From NCBI GenBank assembly GCA_002269645.1, contig NIVC01000356.1, positions 496,001 through 560,000 on the forward strand: 64,000 bases of DNA, written 5' to 3'. This DNA is from Macrostomum lignano (lineage: Eukaryota). The notes beneath the pieces were generated by a model. The model had not been told where the DNA came from and did no database searches. It saw nothing but the letters and a program-made list of their open reading frames with translations. Numbering within the stretch: the first letter of the stretch is position 1; the number at the start of each line of letters is the position of its first letter. Below are positions 1-11,807 of the stretch, piece by piece. The position numbers were made by a program, and so were the translations under genes.

Positions 1-1684
1 TGTCGATTGCTGCGCCAGAAGGTCCGCCAAAGCATACAAATTCAGGTTGCCTTTCCTGGCTCGTCGATTGAGGGCCAGGTGCCAGCCCTCGACTGAATTG
101 TTTGTGCGCTCCCTCTGCCTGTAGACAGATAGTTCGTCCAGACTCCAGATACTGCTTGACAGCCATGTCTGCTCCACGTAGCGACACAGCCGCACTAATG
201 CCTCGGAGTTTGCTGAATCCACCAGAGTTCCGAATGCAGTATAGATATGCGGCGCTGGCAGGTAGATGAGAGCCATCAGCTTCTTGCAAAAAAGCTGTGT
301 CTCCTTATCGGTTGTGTAGGTCGCGGAAAGGCCAAGGTCTTGGATTTTTCGAAAAATGCTCTGTGCGAAGTGAAATGAGCATCCCTGCAGCTGAGCGTCG
401 GGGCAGGTTTGATGCAAAGCCTCCCGCATAGCTGCTTCAAAGTCGAGCACAGCTGCCGTGGGTCGAGCTCCTGTCAGCTCGATCAGCCGCTCAAGTACAT
501 GAACGTAGTCGTGTTTTGATCTTCCAGACATAAGGATTAAGCACAGAGGTACCTGCTTTTCCTTTCCGTCTTGATGGATAAGACCGTGAACTAAAAATGT
601 ACAGGATTTGATTATTATTTAGTATTAAACGTTTAGTATAGTTGGATTTAGTATTTAGTAGTTTAGTATCAGTAAGATTTAGTTATATAGATTAGTATTA
701 AAAGATTTAAAGCAAATTAAAAAGTAACTCACCGGAATAAAGCTGCATAAACGGATTTTTAACAACGTAGAATGTTCCATCCATGAACCATTGATTCATA
801 GTAGTCAGAATCTCCAGTTGCTCATCAGTGGCAAACAACAAATGGCGCTTATGGGTTCTGGCCACGGTGATGTCCGCTTTGAGAAAGTTGGAGTGGAGGG
901 CCAGCTCTTGAAGTTCAAATCGAAGATCATGTGGATGAGGAGGCTGGCTTCCTGCGCGATATCGGTTAGCGTTTCTAGCCAGCTGCTCAACTGCTGGAAG
1001 ATTAGCGCCCTGCTCACCTCGCAGTGCCTGTGCTATTAGGGCGCTTTCAGCAATCTCTGCCGCTGATTCAAATCGGCATCGCTTTGCTTCGTGCTTCACT
1101 TCCCATTGAATTTCTCTTTTGAGGCCGCCGGCCATGTTGGGCTCGCATATGTGTTGCCGGCTTACATGAAAAGCGCCATCAATTGTCTCTTTAACGGAGC
1201 CGTTACAGTTCAAAGCACCGTTTCGAACCACGCATTTCCAGTATTTACACCCAGCTTTACCTCCATTTCTTCCCAGAATATAACCACGGGAAGATACAAG
1301 CAAATCGCCGCCACGTTCGCTTACGCCCCGCTTTAGTTGAAACTGCTCTGGCTCCACTTGCAAGGGCATTACTTGAGCAGGAAGAGCTGCCGGTGGCGCG
1401 GCGAAAGCTGCTGGTGGATTGTCAAAAGCTGGCAGATCGGCGAAAGCTGCTGGCGGATCGGCAAAGGCTGCAGGCAGATCGGCGGGAGCTGCTGGTGGCT
1501 CGGCGAAAGCTGCTGGTGGATCGGCAAAAGCTGGCAGATCGGCGAAAGCTGCTGGTGGATCGGCAAAAGCTGGCAGCTCGGCGGGAGCTGCTGGTGGCTC
1601 GGCGAAAGCTGCTGGCGGATCGGCTGAACCCAGATCAGAAAACTGGCTTGTGCCAACCTCACCAGCACCATTGAGCGTCTGGGT
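1..1684 (-). CDS. Mutator (MULE/Phantom-like) DDE transposase with FLYWCH domain; spliced, runs off the window edge
   Basis: Exon 1684-733 encodes a P/A-rich linker, a FLYWCH-like domain (YILGR..KYWKC..C..H) and WFMDGTF..FMQLYS. A phase-1 GT-AG intron (732-591) joins exon 590-1, which I translated without stops: VHGLIH..VLDFE..GCSFH..RTNNSVEGWH. All three catalytic residues and the CxxH motif are present. Confidence 0.9.
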
Positions 1685-1861
1685 CTGTGTGTGTGAAAAA
1701 TTTGTTATCGCTTTGTACTACGAGATTTACATCAAGCTTAAACTTTGCAGCATGGCCGAAATATCAACAATTACATGTACCGTAGCATAGCATGTAAATT
1801 ACAGTAATTAATATATAATAGAATCCTTCATACTACACAGTAGGTGCTGCCAGTCTCTTAC

Positions 1862-2045
1862 CTCATTTTTTTCCAGTGCACTTTGAGCATTGCCAATTAA
1901 AGGAATGTTCCATCAAAGCATGGTATTCCTTTCGTCTCAAACCAGTGCCGCAAAGACGGTGCTGCCATAGCTGACAAGAATCGCACTGTAAAGCATGCTG
2001 CCGACAACTCACTTCTTTCTGGCATTCAATGGACATGTCAGTCAT
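1862..2045 (-). CDS. PHD-finger exon, probable first exon of the MULE transposase
   Basis: SIEC..LQCDSCQLWQHRLC..WQCSKC is a C4HC3 pattern with the first Cys replaced by Ser. A strong donor G|GTAAGA (1861) lies one base after the TGA. Removing one A from the A7 run (1866-1872) gives a phase-0 splice to the acceptor at 1684. Confidence 0.65.
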
Positions 2046-2244
2046 ATTTCAGTAGCGCACACACTATATTGAATGTGTTTTTGTTATAATTATTAAAATG
2101 AATCCTTTTAACACATTGAATATTTAACTGTCATCTTATTAAAACGATGATCAACGATGGCTTTATTAAAACTGTATGCAAAAACTTTAGCTGGGTGGAT
2201 GCGATGTAATGAAGAAGTGGTAGGAGCAGGCCTAATTTCATTGG

Positions 2245-2335
2245 TTGCCGCAGCAGACGAGTAGGCAAAACGTTGCAAACCAATTCGTCTGCTGAGCAGA
2301 CGAACTGGCGGCAGACGAATTGACTGGCACGGCAC
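2245..2335. mobile_element. Possible terminal or subterminal repeats of the MULE element
   Basis: Clustered direct and inverted GCAGACGA motifs upstream of the PHD exon, just before an abrupt change in base composition. The partner TIR would lie outside the window. Confidence 0.35.
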
Positions 2336-4210
2336 CCGCTACCATGTGTGCTTAACAATAACATTAGGGCCTATAAACATGGCAGATGTGCTTATAAGCT
2401 CAAACATTAGGCCTATAGACACAGCTGCCCTGTCTATAAGTACTCTAATTATGAAAGGGCCCTAATTCATAATGCTTACAATTACATTGATGGATGGAAC
2501 CAATTGACCAAATTTCTACATATGTCACAATGTAAGGCCCAAAAATACACCTTCACAAAAGCCTTAAAGGCAGATAATACCTGTTGATAAGTAGTTTTAC
2601 CCATATTCTTCTGCCTTTAAGGCTCCCATGTCCATATATAGAAGTTGACATGGTCACATGGGCCATAGTTTGGAAGGCAATATATATGCTAGGATTTCCT
2701 AGTGTACAACAAGGGTCTTTCTATTTTTTAGCATATATCAAGATATATCACAGTGTATATGACATAGTAGATACATTGTGTTAAATGACAATTTTTTTGT
2801 ATTGGCACATAAACCCAGCATACAAACAAGGTCTTGTCATTTTTTCTGGCATTAAACTTGGCATATACTGATACATAGGGGCCTAATATAAACTATGGTA
2901 CATGGGTAATATTGATTATTCAAAAAGAGCTAAGGAGCTAGCTACCTGACTATCTATAAGCTAAATTGAATAATTTCATTCTAGTTAAACCTTAGGCCCC
3001 TAGCTATTAAAATAGCTTGCTTAGATATATAGTGTATAGCTTAGGCCAGGCAGGCCCAAGTTTAGCAAAAATTTATATTATAGGGTTAGGAGAGTAAGCT
3101 TAATGAATAATCTTAGGCCTAGGTTTAAGCAACAATAGCATGGGCTTTCTATGCTGTATCTATCAGCTATCTTATATTGTTTGACTTAAATTTTAAATTT
3201 TATAATTGTTGCCAAATTGTTTTTTCATTTTTTATTGCATTTTCATAATTCAGATAGGACTTTTCAAAAAATTATACAATTATTTAAACTTTTTCTAGGC
3301 CTAGGCCTATGTCCATCCTATGGCCTAGCCGTCTATGCTATTGTGAATTTAAATGGCTTAGGGTCTAGCCTAAGAAGAGTGCTTTTTTAACCAGCTTTCT
3401 AGGCTTTCAAGGCCAATAAATCAAAATTAAATTATTAAGTAAAATGTATGTATAGACTTGAATTCTAGGTATATAAAATAGTTTTAATTTTAATAGGATT
3501 ATAGTTTTGGTCTATAGAGGTTTTTGATAGTATTGATTTGAAATTTAAGCTTCATTTTTTGTAGGCCTAGTTTAAAGCCAACCACCGGGGCCTAGGGCCT
3601 AGGGAATAGGAGGTTTTAGGATAGGGAGAATCTTTTATTTTATTTATTTTAAGTAAATAATTTATTTAGGATTTATTTTATGTACCTAAACTTAAATAAA
3701 GCCATGAAGGTCTATTGAAGATTAGGTTGATAAATTCTAAGACTGAGGGATAGATGGGTCTTTAAAAAAAGCTTGCATTAAAAATCAAGCAAGTTATGCC
3801 TAATCAAACACTTCTTTGGAAAAAAACTTATAATCCTATCAAAACTAGTTGATATCAATAGCTATAGTTACTTTTAGAATGGAGACAATACAGATTAGTA
3901 GAAATTATTATAGGTAAACAAGTAAAGAATATAGGCCTAGTAGTCACATTATAAGAGAATGACAACAAATCAAAAGCAAGAGATGAGAGGCTGGAGGCAA
4001 ACTGTAAGTCAGCAAACTGAACTGGTATGGCATTGTTATTGCACTATAACAAATTAAGTAAATAAAACTTAGAATAGACAATCTATTTATCTAAATGAAT
4101 ATTCTAATCCTCTGGATGCTGTTTTAGAGTGAAATTCATCAAATTTTGGAAAATATATATATTTGAAAGTTAAGATTCTAAAAAAGTTCAATTTTCAAAC
4201 CATATGTGCG

Positions 4211-5757
4211 TAGGGGGCGACCGGGACAGCCAAAGTCGGGCCCGGGTCGGGCCCGGGAATGAGGACTCGGGCCCGGGTCGGGCCTCGGGAATTCGGGACA
4301 AGATCTTTAGGACAGCTCAATAATTGGAAAAAAATCATAATAAATCTTAATACTTTTAGCATATGCGGATTACTATTAAATATATAATAAATATATAGAT
4401 ATATTAAATCTAATATAATATATTAAATGTATAATAAATATATGATAAACATTAAATATATTATAATATATAAATATATTGAATATATAATAATATATAA
4501 ATATAATAAATATAATATATTAAAATAAATATATATTAAATATATAATATAATAAAAATTATTTTTATTTAATACATTAGTTAAGACTTCAGAATAGATA
4601 AGAGTTACATTAAAAGACTTAATACTCAAATATCAATATACCCAATAGTTCAAATTCAATGTCACTGTGTGGCACAAGTACTGTGTGTGTGCCAGTGACA
4701 GTGACACTAATAGGCAATGAGGTAGGCAAGCAGGCACTGCGGTAGTGCGGCTGGCACTGGCAGTGGCAGTAAGCAAAAAGAAGAAAAGCTGAAGCATTAA
4801 GTGTAAGGCACTTGGCATTGTAAGCAGTAAGGAAGTAAGAACCAAATCAATTGATTGATTCTTTTATTTGAATTTTTAGTTCCTTTACATAGCTTCAATG
4901 TAAAGAGCCATGTACACAGTCAGTATTCAATAAGACAACAAGACAAGACAACAGAACAGAACACAAGTGAAGTGACAACACAACACAACACTCAACTGTC
5001 TCAACAGAACAGGCAAACAGACAATGGAAATACAAGTAATTAGCTGATACCTGCCTACCTGCTCACCTACCTACCTAAACGAATATGATTACGAATATGA
5101 TACTATGAGTCTACGACTACAACTACCTACAAATACAATACAAATATGAACACGATTACAAACTCTGACAGATAGCAAACTTCTTGGAAAAATGGTAGCC
5201 TTGGCCCTTAATAGGTACTTCTTGGAATGTAAATAGGAAATGTTATTTACAAAAGCTTAAAATTGACAAATCAACTTTTTTAAGAATCATATTTTTGCTT
5301 TTAGGCTGCAGCCTGCAGCGTGTAAAGTGGAATCAATATTGCAAAAAAGTATTGCAAAACTATGTTTTAATTTTATCTTCCTGGAAAAAATCCGATCTTC
5401 CTGGAAAGTGGAAACTGGCTGTGGCTGACGCTCACGGTCACAGTCACAGACGCTCACGCTAAGAGCATACTACAAATCAATGATATTGCTACTTCACATC
5501 ATATCATCTATTACTATTACTGCAGTCGTGCAGTGCTTGAGTCTTGAGTGCTGATGCGATGCTTAACTGAGTGTTGTGCTGTGCTGTGAATAAAAATAAT
5601 TTTATTCTTATTCGCACGCGGTTAGTGCCTTTAGGGAAAAAAGACTTGTCCCGATTTCCCGACTTTTTTAGGGTCGGGCCCGGGCCCGGGTCGGGCCACG
5701 ATTTTGGTCGGGATTCCCGACTTTTCGGGCCCGGGCCCGGGACTGGGTCGCCCCCTA
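4211..5757. mobile_element. Non-autonomous hAT-type element, 1547 bp
   Basis: TIR TAGGGGGCGACC / GGTCGCCCCCTA, subterminal CGGGCCCGGG repeats at both ends, and a perfect 8-bp TSD TATGTGCG at 4203-4210 and 5758-5765. No transposase ORF. Confidence 0.9.
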
Positions 5758-5762
5758 TATGT

Positions 5763-5922
5763 GCGCAACCTTGGGAATCACCTGGCCATTTCTATTGGCA
5801 ACACACACACACATGTAAGTCGCTATTGGCTGAGAGCAGTCACATGACTACTATTCTGTCCAATAGCAACTTACCTGTGTGTGTTGCCAATAGAAATGGC
5901 CGAGTGAATCCCAAGGTTGTGC
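5763..5922. mobile_element. Hairpin MITE, about 160 bp
   Basis: Arms of about 70 bp are near-perfect inverted repeats (GCGCAACCTTGGGAATCAC..GGCCATTTCTATTGGCAACACAC and its reverse complement). Confidence 0.7.
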
Positions 5923-6394
5923 CCTGAAGCATGTTTCAAACATACAATTTTCTGAAACTATTTGTATCAAATTATCACTAATAACATAGGAGTTTAACAA
6001 ATGGAGCTTTGTGTTACCTCTGAAGGTATGTTTTCGGTTTTTGCTTCAATTTTTATTTTGGACACCCTCTAAGACTGACAAAAGTTTAAGAAAAATTGAA
6101 AAATAATAAATATTTTATTATTTACCTAAAGTTCAAAAAGTCCAAATTTATGTTTGCTTATTATACAAAGTTTTCTATTTTATTGTTTTTACAAGTTGTT
6201 GAAACCCACAGCTTTGAACCCAGGGAATTCCAATTTTGCATTTATTCTAAAATCTGAGGTCAAACTCAAACAAAAACTTGTTATTCATTAGGATAGAGTT
6301 AAACATAAAATAGAGTACATTCATGTAAAATTAGGATTTGAGGCAAAAATTTGATATTGTTGGCTGGGGTGCTGCACAGAATGTCAGGAAAACT

Positions 6395-6568
6395 CTGGCC
6401 TCTCTCTATGTCCCTTGGATCCTTTGAAACTTCTATCTTCTCTTCTGTTTCCTCTCCTCTCTCGTCTCTCTTCTCTTCTCTCTCTCTTCTCATCTCTTTT
6501 TTCTTCTCTCCTCTCTCCTCTTGTCTCTTCCCTATCCCCTCTATTCTTTTCTCTCTCCTCTCCTCTCT

Positions 6569-6610
<42 letters not shown>

Positions 6611-7155
6611 CCCATCTCTCTGCTCTCTCCTGTCCCATCTCTCTATTCTCTAATCTCTCCCCTCTTTCCTCTCCTCTCTCATCCTTTCCCCTCTTTCCCC
6701 TGTCCTCTTGATTCTCTCCCCTCCCTTCCTCTCTCCTCTCACTAACTTCTCTCTCCCTTTGTCTCACATCTCATCTCTTATTTCTTATCTCTCCTCTTTT
6801 CTCTCTACTCTCCCATCTCTCATCTGTTCACTCTCGTTTCTGCTCTCTCATCTCACCTCTCTTATCTGTCATCTTTACCCTCTTTATACTTGTATGTTCT
6901 CTCACCTCTCTCCTCTATACTCATCTCTTTCCTTTCCTTTGACTCCTCTCTTTCCTTTCACTTTTCTTTTCTTCTCTTCCCTCTTCTATACTCTTTCCTC
7001 TATTCCTCTATTCTTCCCTCATCTCTCTGCACTCTGCTCTCTCCATCTATCATCTCTCCTTTCATCTCTCTCATCCCTACAATCTCATCTCTTTACTCTC
7101 TCCTCTTCCCTTTACTCTCTCTACCTCATCTCTATCTCCTTTCTTCTTTCTCAAT

Positions 7156-7190
<35 letters not shown>

Positions 7191-7365
7191 ATCTCTCTTC
7201 TCACTCCTCTCTCTCCTCCCTCTCTCCCTCTCTTATCTCCTCCCTTCTCTATCCTTTCTAATCTCTCCTCTCCATACGCTTTTATCTCTTCTCTGCTCTC
7301 TCATCGCTACTCTCTTCTCACTCTTCTCTACTCTCCTCTCACTCTTCTCTACTCTCCTCTCTCTG
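6395..7365. repeat. Degenerate (CT)n/(CTCCT) low-complexity tract
   Basis: Almost purely pyrimidine on the + strand; it generates the S/L/P-rich pseudo-ORFs. Confidence 0.9.
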
Positions 7366-7723
7366 AGGGTAGAACGGCGCTTACTAAAAGCGGCTTTAAC
7401 AAAAAATAGCCTAACTTTAAAAGTGCACAGCGCCATTCAGGATTAACTTTGAGACTCGAAGTTTTACACGATTGTGTCAAAATAGTTGAATATTGATTGT
7501 GTCAAATTTGAAGATGGTTGGTAATAATGGAGCAGTGCTATGGAGGATTTAGTGGAAAAATCACGCATTTTGAGCAGTTTTTTGCACTTTTAGGTGTGAA
7601 GACTCAAATTCAGGAAATTTTAGGGTAGCCTATGACACTTTCTGTAATGAATTTAGGGTGGATGCAAAATTTGGTGTAGTTTGGTTGAGCAGTTTGGGAG
7701 TCCATAGCAAAGTAATTTGTACA

Positions 7724-7761
<38 letters not shown>

Positions 7762-7785
7762 GTTTTGATTTTTATATGTATAGAT
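7366..7785 (+). mobile_element. Possible Helentron-associated (HINE/DINE-like) element 3' part
   Basis: Ends in AGCAGTTTGGGAG..(CA)n..TTTATATGTATAGAT, an organisation typical of HINE-like repeats. A similar end (GCCGTTTAGGAGGAGAT..(GATC)n..TTTAGATATAAGAT) lies at about 29730-29805. Confidence 0.4.
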
Positions 7786-8592
7786 TTTCTTCTATTGACT
7801 AATAAATCTAAATTATTTTTTGTATTATAAGAAAGTGCTAGCTTTATTATTATTATATCATAATATGTTCTATTTTAATATTAATAATGATAATGTTTCT
7901 TCTTTTTTTTAAATGCATTTAGTTAATTTAAATTAGCTTTTAGTTTTATGAGACCTAAGCCTATAGTATAATATATCTATACTAGGTATAAAGTTTTTTT
8001 AACAAATATTGTCTTTGGGTATCAAAATTAAGAATATAACTAGATAACCAGAACTAACCCAACAATTCTTTCCATGAGCCTTAACCTCTTAGTAACTCCC
8101 ACATGAGCCAACATCTCAGCAATTTCCCATGTGAGCCTTGACATCTCTGAAATCCCCCATGAGCTTAGGCATCTTAGCAATTCCCCCAATTCCGCCCATG
8201 AGTCTTTTATGGTTCACAGGGCGATTATTCTATGGTTTAACCTAACCTTTAAACCTAAAACCTTAGGTAAGCCTTGACATCTTAGTACGAGTAATTCCAA
8301 TTTCAGACTTGACATCTCAGAATCCAGATTATCTCAGAAATGAGTCTAATATGCTTGACAGGGTGATTCTTTTATAATTTAAGCCCTAGCCCTGCCGAGT
8401 CACAGCATTTCAGCTATTACCCCTGAGCGCAAGAACTTCAGCGTTCCTCTGTCTAGCTGACACATCTCAGCGTCTGTCTAAACATCCTGATGACATTTTG
8501 GTATTGTCTGTTGCCATGTAGATAATTGTGCAAGCATGTGCAAGTTTAACAGCTAGGTCTTTGTAATTTGAATTTATGTACAAAGATCAGAG

Positions 8593-10857
8593 ATGTCGCT
8601 GCAATGGACAGTAATTAGCTGGTTTGTCTATGCGGAAGCGGCCTTGGTGCTAATCATGTGCCTGCCAGTGGTCAGCGTGCAGCGCTGGCGCAGAATTCTA
8701 CGCTCGCGCTTGCTACGCAAATTCGACTCGTCTGCCTACGTATATTTTAATGTCTTTTTCGGCCTTCTAATCCTATTGCTAATCGACGCTTATAGAAAGA
8801 TGCGTCAGCACGCGCTCGAGGAGTTGAGCATAGATGAGCGAGTTAATCCGCACGGATTTGCGCTGAGTAGGATGCGAAAATTTCGATCCCAGATCAATTT
8901 TACATTGTCAGCCGGCGCTTTGCTGCTCTGGCTTGTGCTCAAATGGATGGTGAGCTCGCTTATTGGCCGAGCGTTTCTTGAGCAGGTGAGTCGGCTGCTC
9001 TGCTGCTCAACATTATCCAAACGTACTAAGTGACAATCCCCCCACCACAACTCACGCTGTCACGCGGCACAAAAGTTCAGCAAATGTCTACGGGCTTAAT
9101 GCTAGTTTCAGTATCGTGTGCAGGAACCGCGAGCATGCAAAATTACTGTCACTTGTTGTGCCACCCTGATCACCAGCCGGTAGATAAACTCTTGAAGCAA
9201 GACACTTAGAATACGCCTAAATCTGCATTGCTTCAGTTCGCCCAACTGTAAAATGGGTTACCAGCATTAGCTGGGGTAATTAAGGGTGTGTGTGGCGACC
9301 CCCATCCCAGTCCTTCCACTGAACAGCTGTACGCAGACTTCTGATGCTCCACGCAATAGCTGCGGCTGAGCTGTCGGTTCGTACATGCGCAACAGTCGGC
9401 CAAGTCGGCCGATCCGGCCGACTGATTTGGCGGCCAACCAAGGAAGTTGCAAAAATGCCCACCCATACATGCGCAATCTCCAAAATTCGGTCGGCCGTGC
9501 GACTTAGTTTAACAAAAATGCGACGTAGTTTTTAGCCAAAAATGCGACTTGCATGTAAAAAAATCCTAAAGCAAAATTATTGCAACTTTGGGTAAACGGC
9601 AGGAGTAACTATGACTGTCTTATTAAGCCAAAATGCCTCGTCAGCTACTTAGTACTACTTCTTGGGTGTTTTTTGGGTGGGCATTTTTGCGACTTCCTTG
9701 GTTGGCCGCCAAATCGGTCGGCCGGATTGGCCGACTCGGCCGACTGTTGCGCATGTATGTGCCCACCTAAAAAAATACCTAAGTAGTAGTACTAAGTAGC
9801 TGACGAGGCATTTTGGCTTAATAATACAGTCATAGTTACTCCTGCCGTTTACGCAAATTTGCGTTAATTTTGCTTTAGGGTTTTTTTATATGTAAGTCGC
9901 ATTTTTGGCCAAAAACTATGTCGCATTTTTGTTAAAACTAAGTCACACGGCTGACCGAATTTTGGAGGTTGCGCATGTATGTGTCGGTTGCGCATCTGCC
10001 CATTAGGGCAGGTGTAATCAATCGTTATTATAGCCCCCATGCCGAAGGGGGCCGTAGCCCAGCGGTAGCGCAGCTGCTCTGGTGTGCCAGCGACCCAGGC
10101 TCGATTCCAAGTGCAGTCACATTAATTTGGGGCTGAATTGGAATCTCGGCTTGGCTCTGCTCGTGCAATTAACGGCCTTGAGAGCCAACTCCCCAAGGCG
10201 CAGTGAAGTGTACATGCCTAACGATAAATAAAGTTAGGGCCGCTGTACACTCCTGTGTGAGTGTGTGCCTGCGTACGTATCCGCGCGCTTGTGTGCCTGC
10301 TCAGGGGAGTCGGCGGAATGGGCAGTAATGCCTCTCGCTGGTTGTGTGCCTATGTCGCTTAAAGTGCGCCAGGGTGCACACAACCCCCCTGCCTCTAATA
10401 AAAATAATAAATAGCCCCCATGCCGCAATTTGCGCTGGTGTTTGGCGATGGCAGCATTTGCGCATTTCTGAATCATCGATGGCATGCAAACTGATACATT
10501 GGCTGAGTACATTGTTGGGCCTCGTGTTGCAAATTGCATCATCCATTGCGTCATCCGGGGTTTGAGATATGAGAAAAAGTTGACCACTGGTTAACTGGTT
10601 TTGAGTTAGAAACTTTAACATGTTGCTGATTGTTAATATATGCATGTTTTACATCGTGCATGAATAGCATGAAGCGAATAAACTTACTCCCAATCTCTCC
10701 GATTACCAATGCTCAGGACTTGTCTATTGAACGTGCCAAGGTCAACGATTTGCAACGGAAACTTGACGAAGCTCAGCGGAAACTGAGCAGCACTTCAGCA
10801 GCTGGTGTCGTTAACGGATCCGTCTCCGATGACGGTAGTGATAAGAAGGCCGATTGA
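8593..10857 (+). CDS. BCAP31: BAP29/BAP31-family ER membrane protein, about 177 aa, 2 exons
   Basis: Exon 8593-8985 (MSLQWT..YAE..LP..RW, three TM segments) splices in phase 0 to exon 10717-10857 (coiled coil), which ends in KKAD*, a KKxx ER-retrieval signal. Confidence 0.85.
9190..10029 (+). mobile_element. CORE-like SINE (family 2), 5'-truncated and interrupted by MITEs
   Basis: Contains CTTGAAGCAAGACACTT and CTGTAAAATGGG motifs and a TTA tail. Homologous copies lie at 56100-56390 and 60205-60420 on the minus strand. Confidence 0.65.
9380..9981. mobile_element. MITE of about 298 bp containing a second, inverted copy of itself (9464-9759)
   Basis: TIR CATACATGCGCAA. Outer TSD TGTCGGTT at 9372-9379 and 9982-9989; inner TSD TGCCCACC at 9456-9463 and 9760-9767. 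Confidence 0.9.
10045..10410 (+). mobile_element. tRNA-derived SINE (family 1), full length
   Basis: A-box-like TAGCCCAGCGG, B-box-like GGCTCGATTCC, A-rich tail, and a 15-bp TSD ATAGCCCCCATGCCG at 10030-10044 and 10411-10425. Confidence 0.85.
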
Positions 10858-11016
10858 AGGACTCCAAATGGTGCTGCAATTTCTATGTTATATTTTATCT
10901 TATCTTATCTTATCTTATCTAGTTATCTACTTTATTGTTAATAATAATATTTATATTCCAGATTTTATTTCGATTATAAATTTATCTGTCTCATCAGGAG
11001 CTGAGTGTGTACTCGT

Positions 11017-11807
11017 AGTGTGTACACCAGACCCTTCCGAACCCCCTCGTCCCTCAGTGTCTACACCAGACCCTTCCCCACCCCTCTCGTCCCTCAGTGT
11101 GTACACCAGACCGTTCCCAACCCCTCTCGTCCCTCGGTGTGTACAATAGACCTTTCCAAACCCCTCTCGTCCCTCGGTGTGTACAATAGACCTTTCCAAA
11201 CCCCTCTCGTCCCTCGGTGTGTACACCAAACCCTTCCAAACCCCTCTCGTCCCTCAGTGTGTACACCAGACCCTTCCCAACCCTCTCGTCCCTCAGTGTG
11301 TACACCAGACCCTTCCCAACCCTCTCGTCCCTCAGTGTGTACACCAGACCCTTCCCAACCCTCTCGTCCCTCAGTGTGTACACCAGACCCTTCCCAACCC
11401 TCTCGTCCCTCAGTGTGTACACCAGACCCTTCCCAACCCTCTCGTCCATCAGTGTGTACACCAGACCCTTCCCAACCCTCTCGTCCCTCAGTGTGTACAC
11501 CAGACCCTTCCCAACCCTCTCGTCCCTCAGTGTGTACACCAGACCCTTCCCAACCCTCTCGTCCATCAGTGTGTACACCAGACCCTTCCCAATCCTCTCG
11601 TCCCTCAGTGTGTACACCAGACCCTTCCAAACCCTCTCGTCCCTCAGTGTGTACACCAGGCCCTTCCCAACCCTCTCGTCCCTCAGTGTGTACACCAGAC
11701 CCTTCCAAACCCCTCTCGTCCCTCAGTTTGTACACCAGACCCTTCCAAACCCCTCTCGTCCCTCAGTTTGTACACTAGACCCTTCCCCAACCCCTCTCGT
11801 CCCTCAG
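11017..11807. repeat. 39-40-bp minisatellite
   Basis: Unit GTGTACACCAGACCCTTCCCAACCCTCTCGTCCCTCAGT, about 20 copies. Confidence 0.95.

Noticed and set aside
6351-7409. S/L/P-rich and R/E/G-rich ORFs over CT tracts (also 27414-28286 and 44858-45443)
   Set aside because: Low-complexity pyrimidine tracts lack stop codons by composition.
10045-10120. Possible tRNA gene
   Set aside because: It has A/B boxes but no complete cloverleaf, continues into a 290-bp body, is flanked by a TSD and recurs at 39.3-39.7 kb, so it is a SINE head.
10250-10335. HDV-like ribozyme suggested by GGCGGAATGGG in the SINE body
   Set aside because: I could not build P1/P2/P3 pairings of the nested double pseudoknot by eye.
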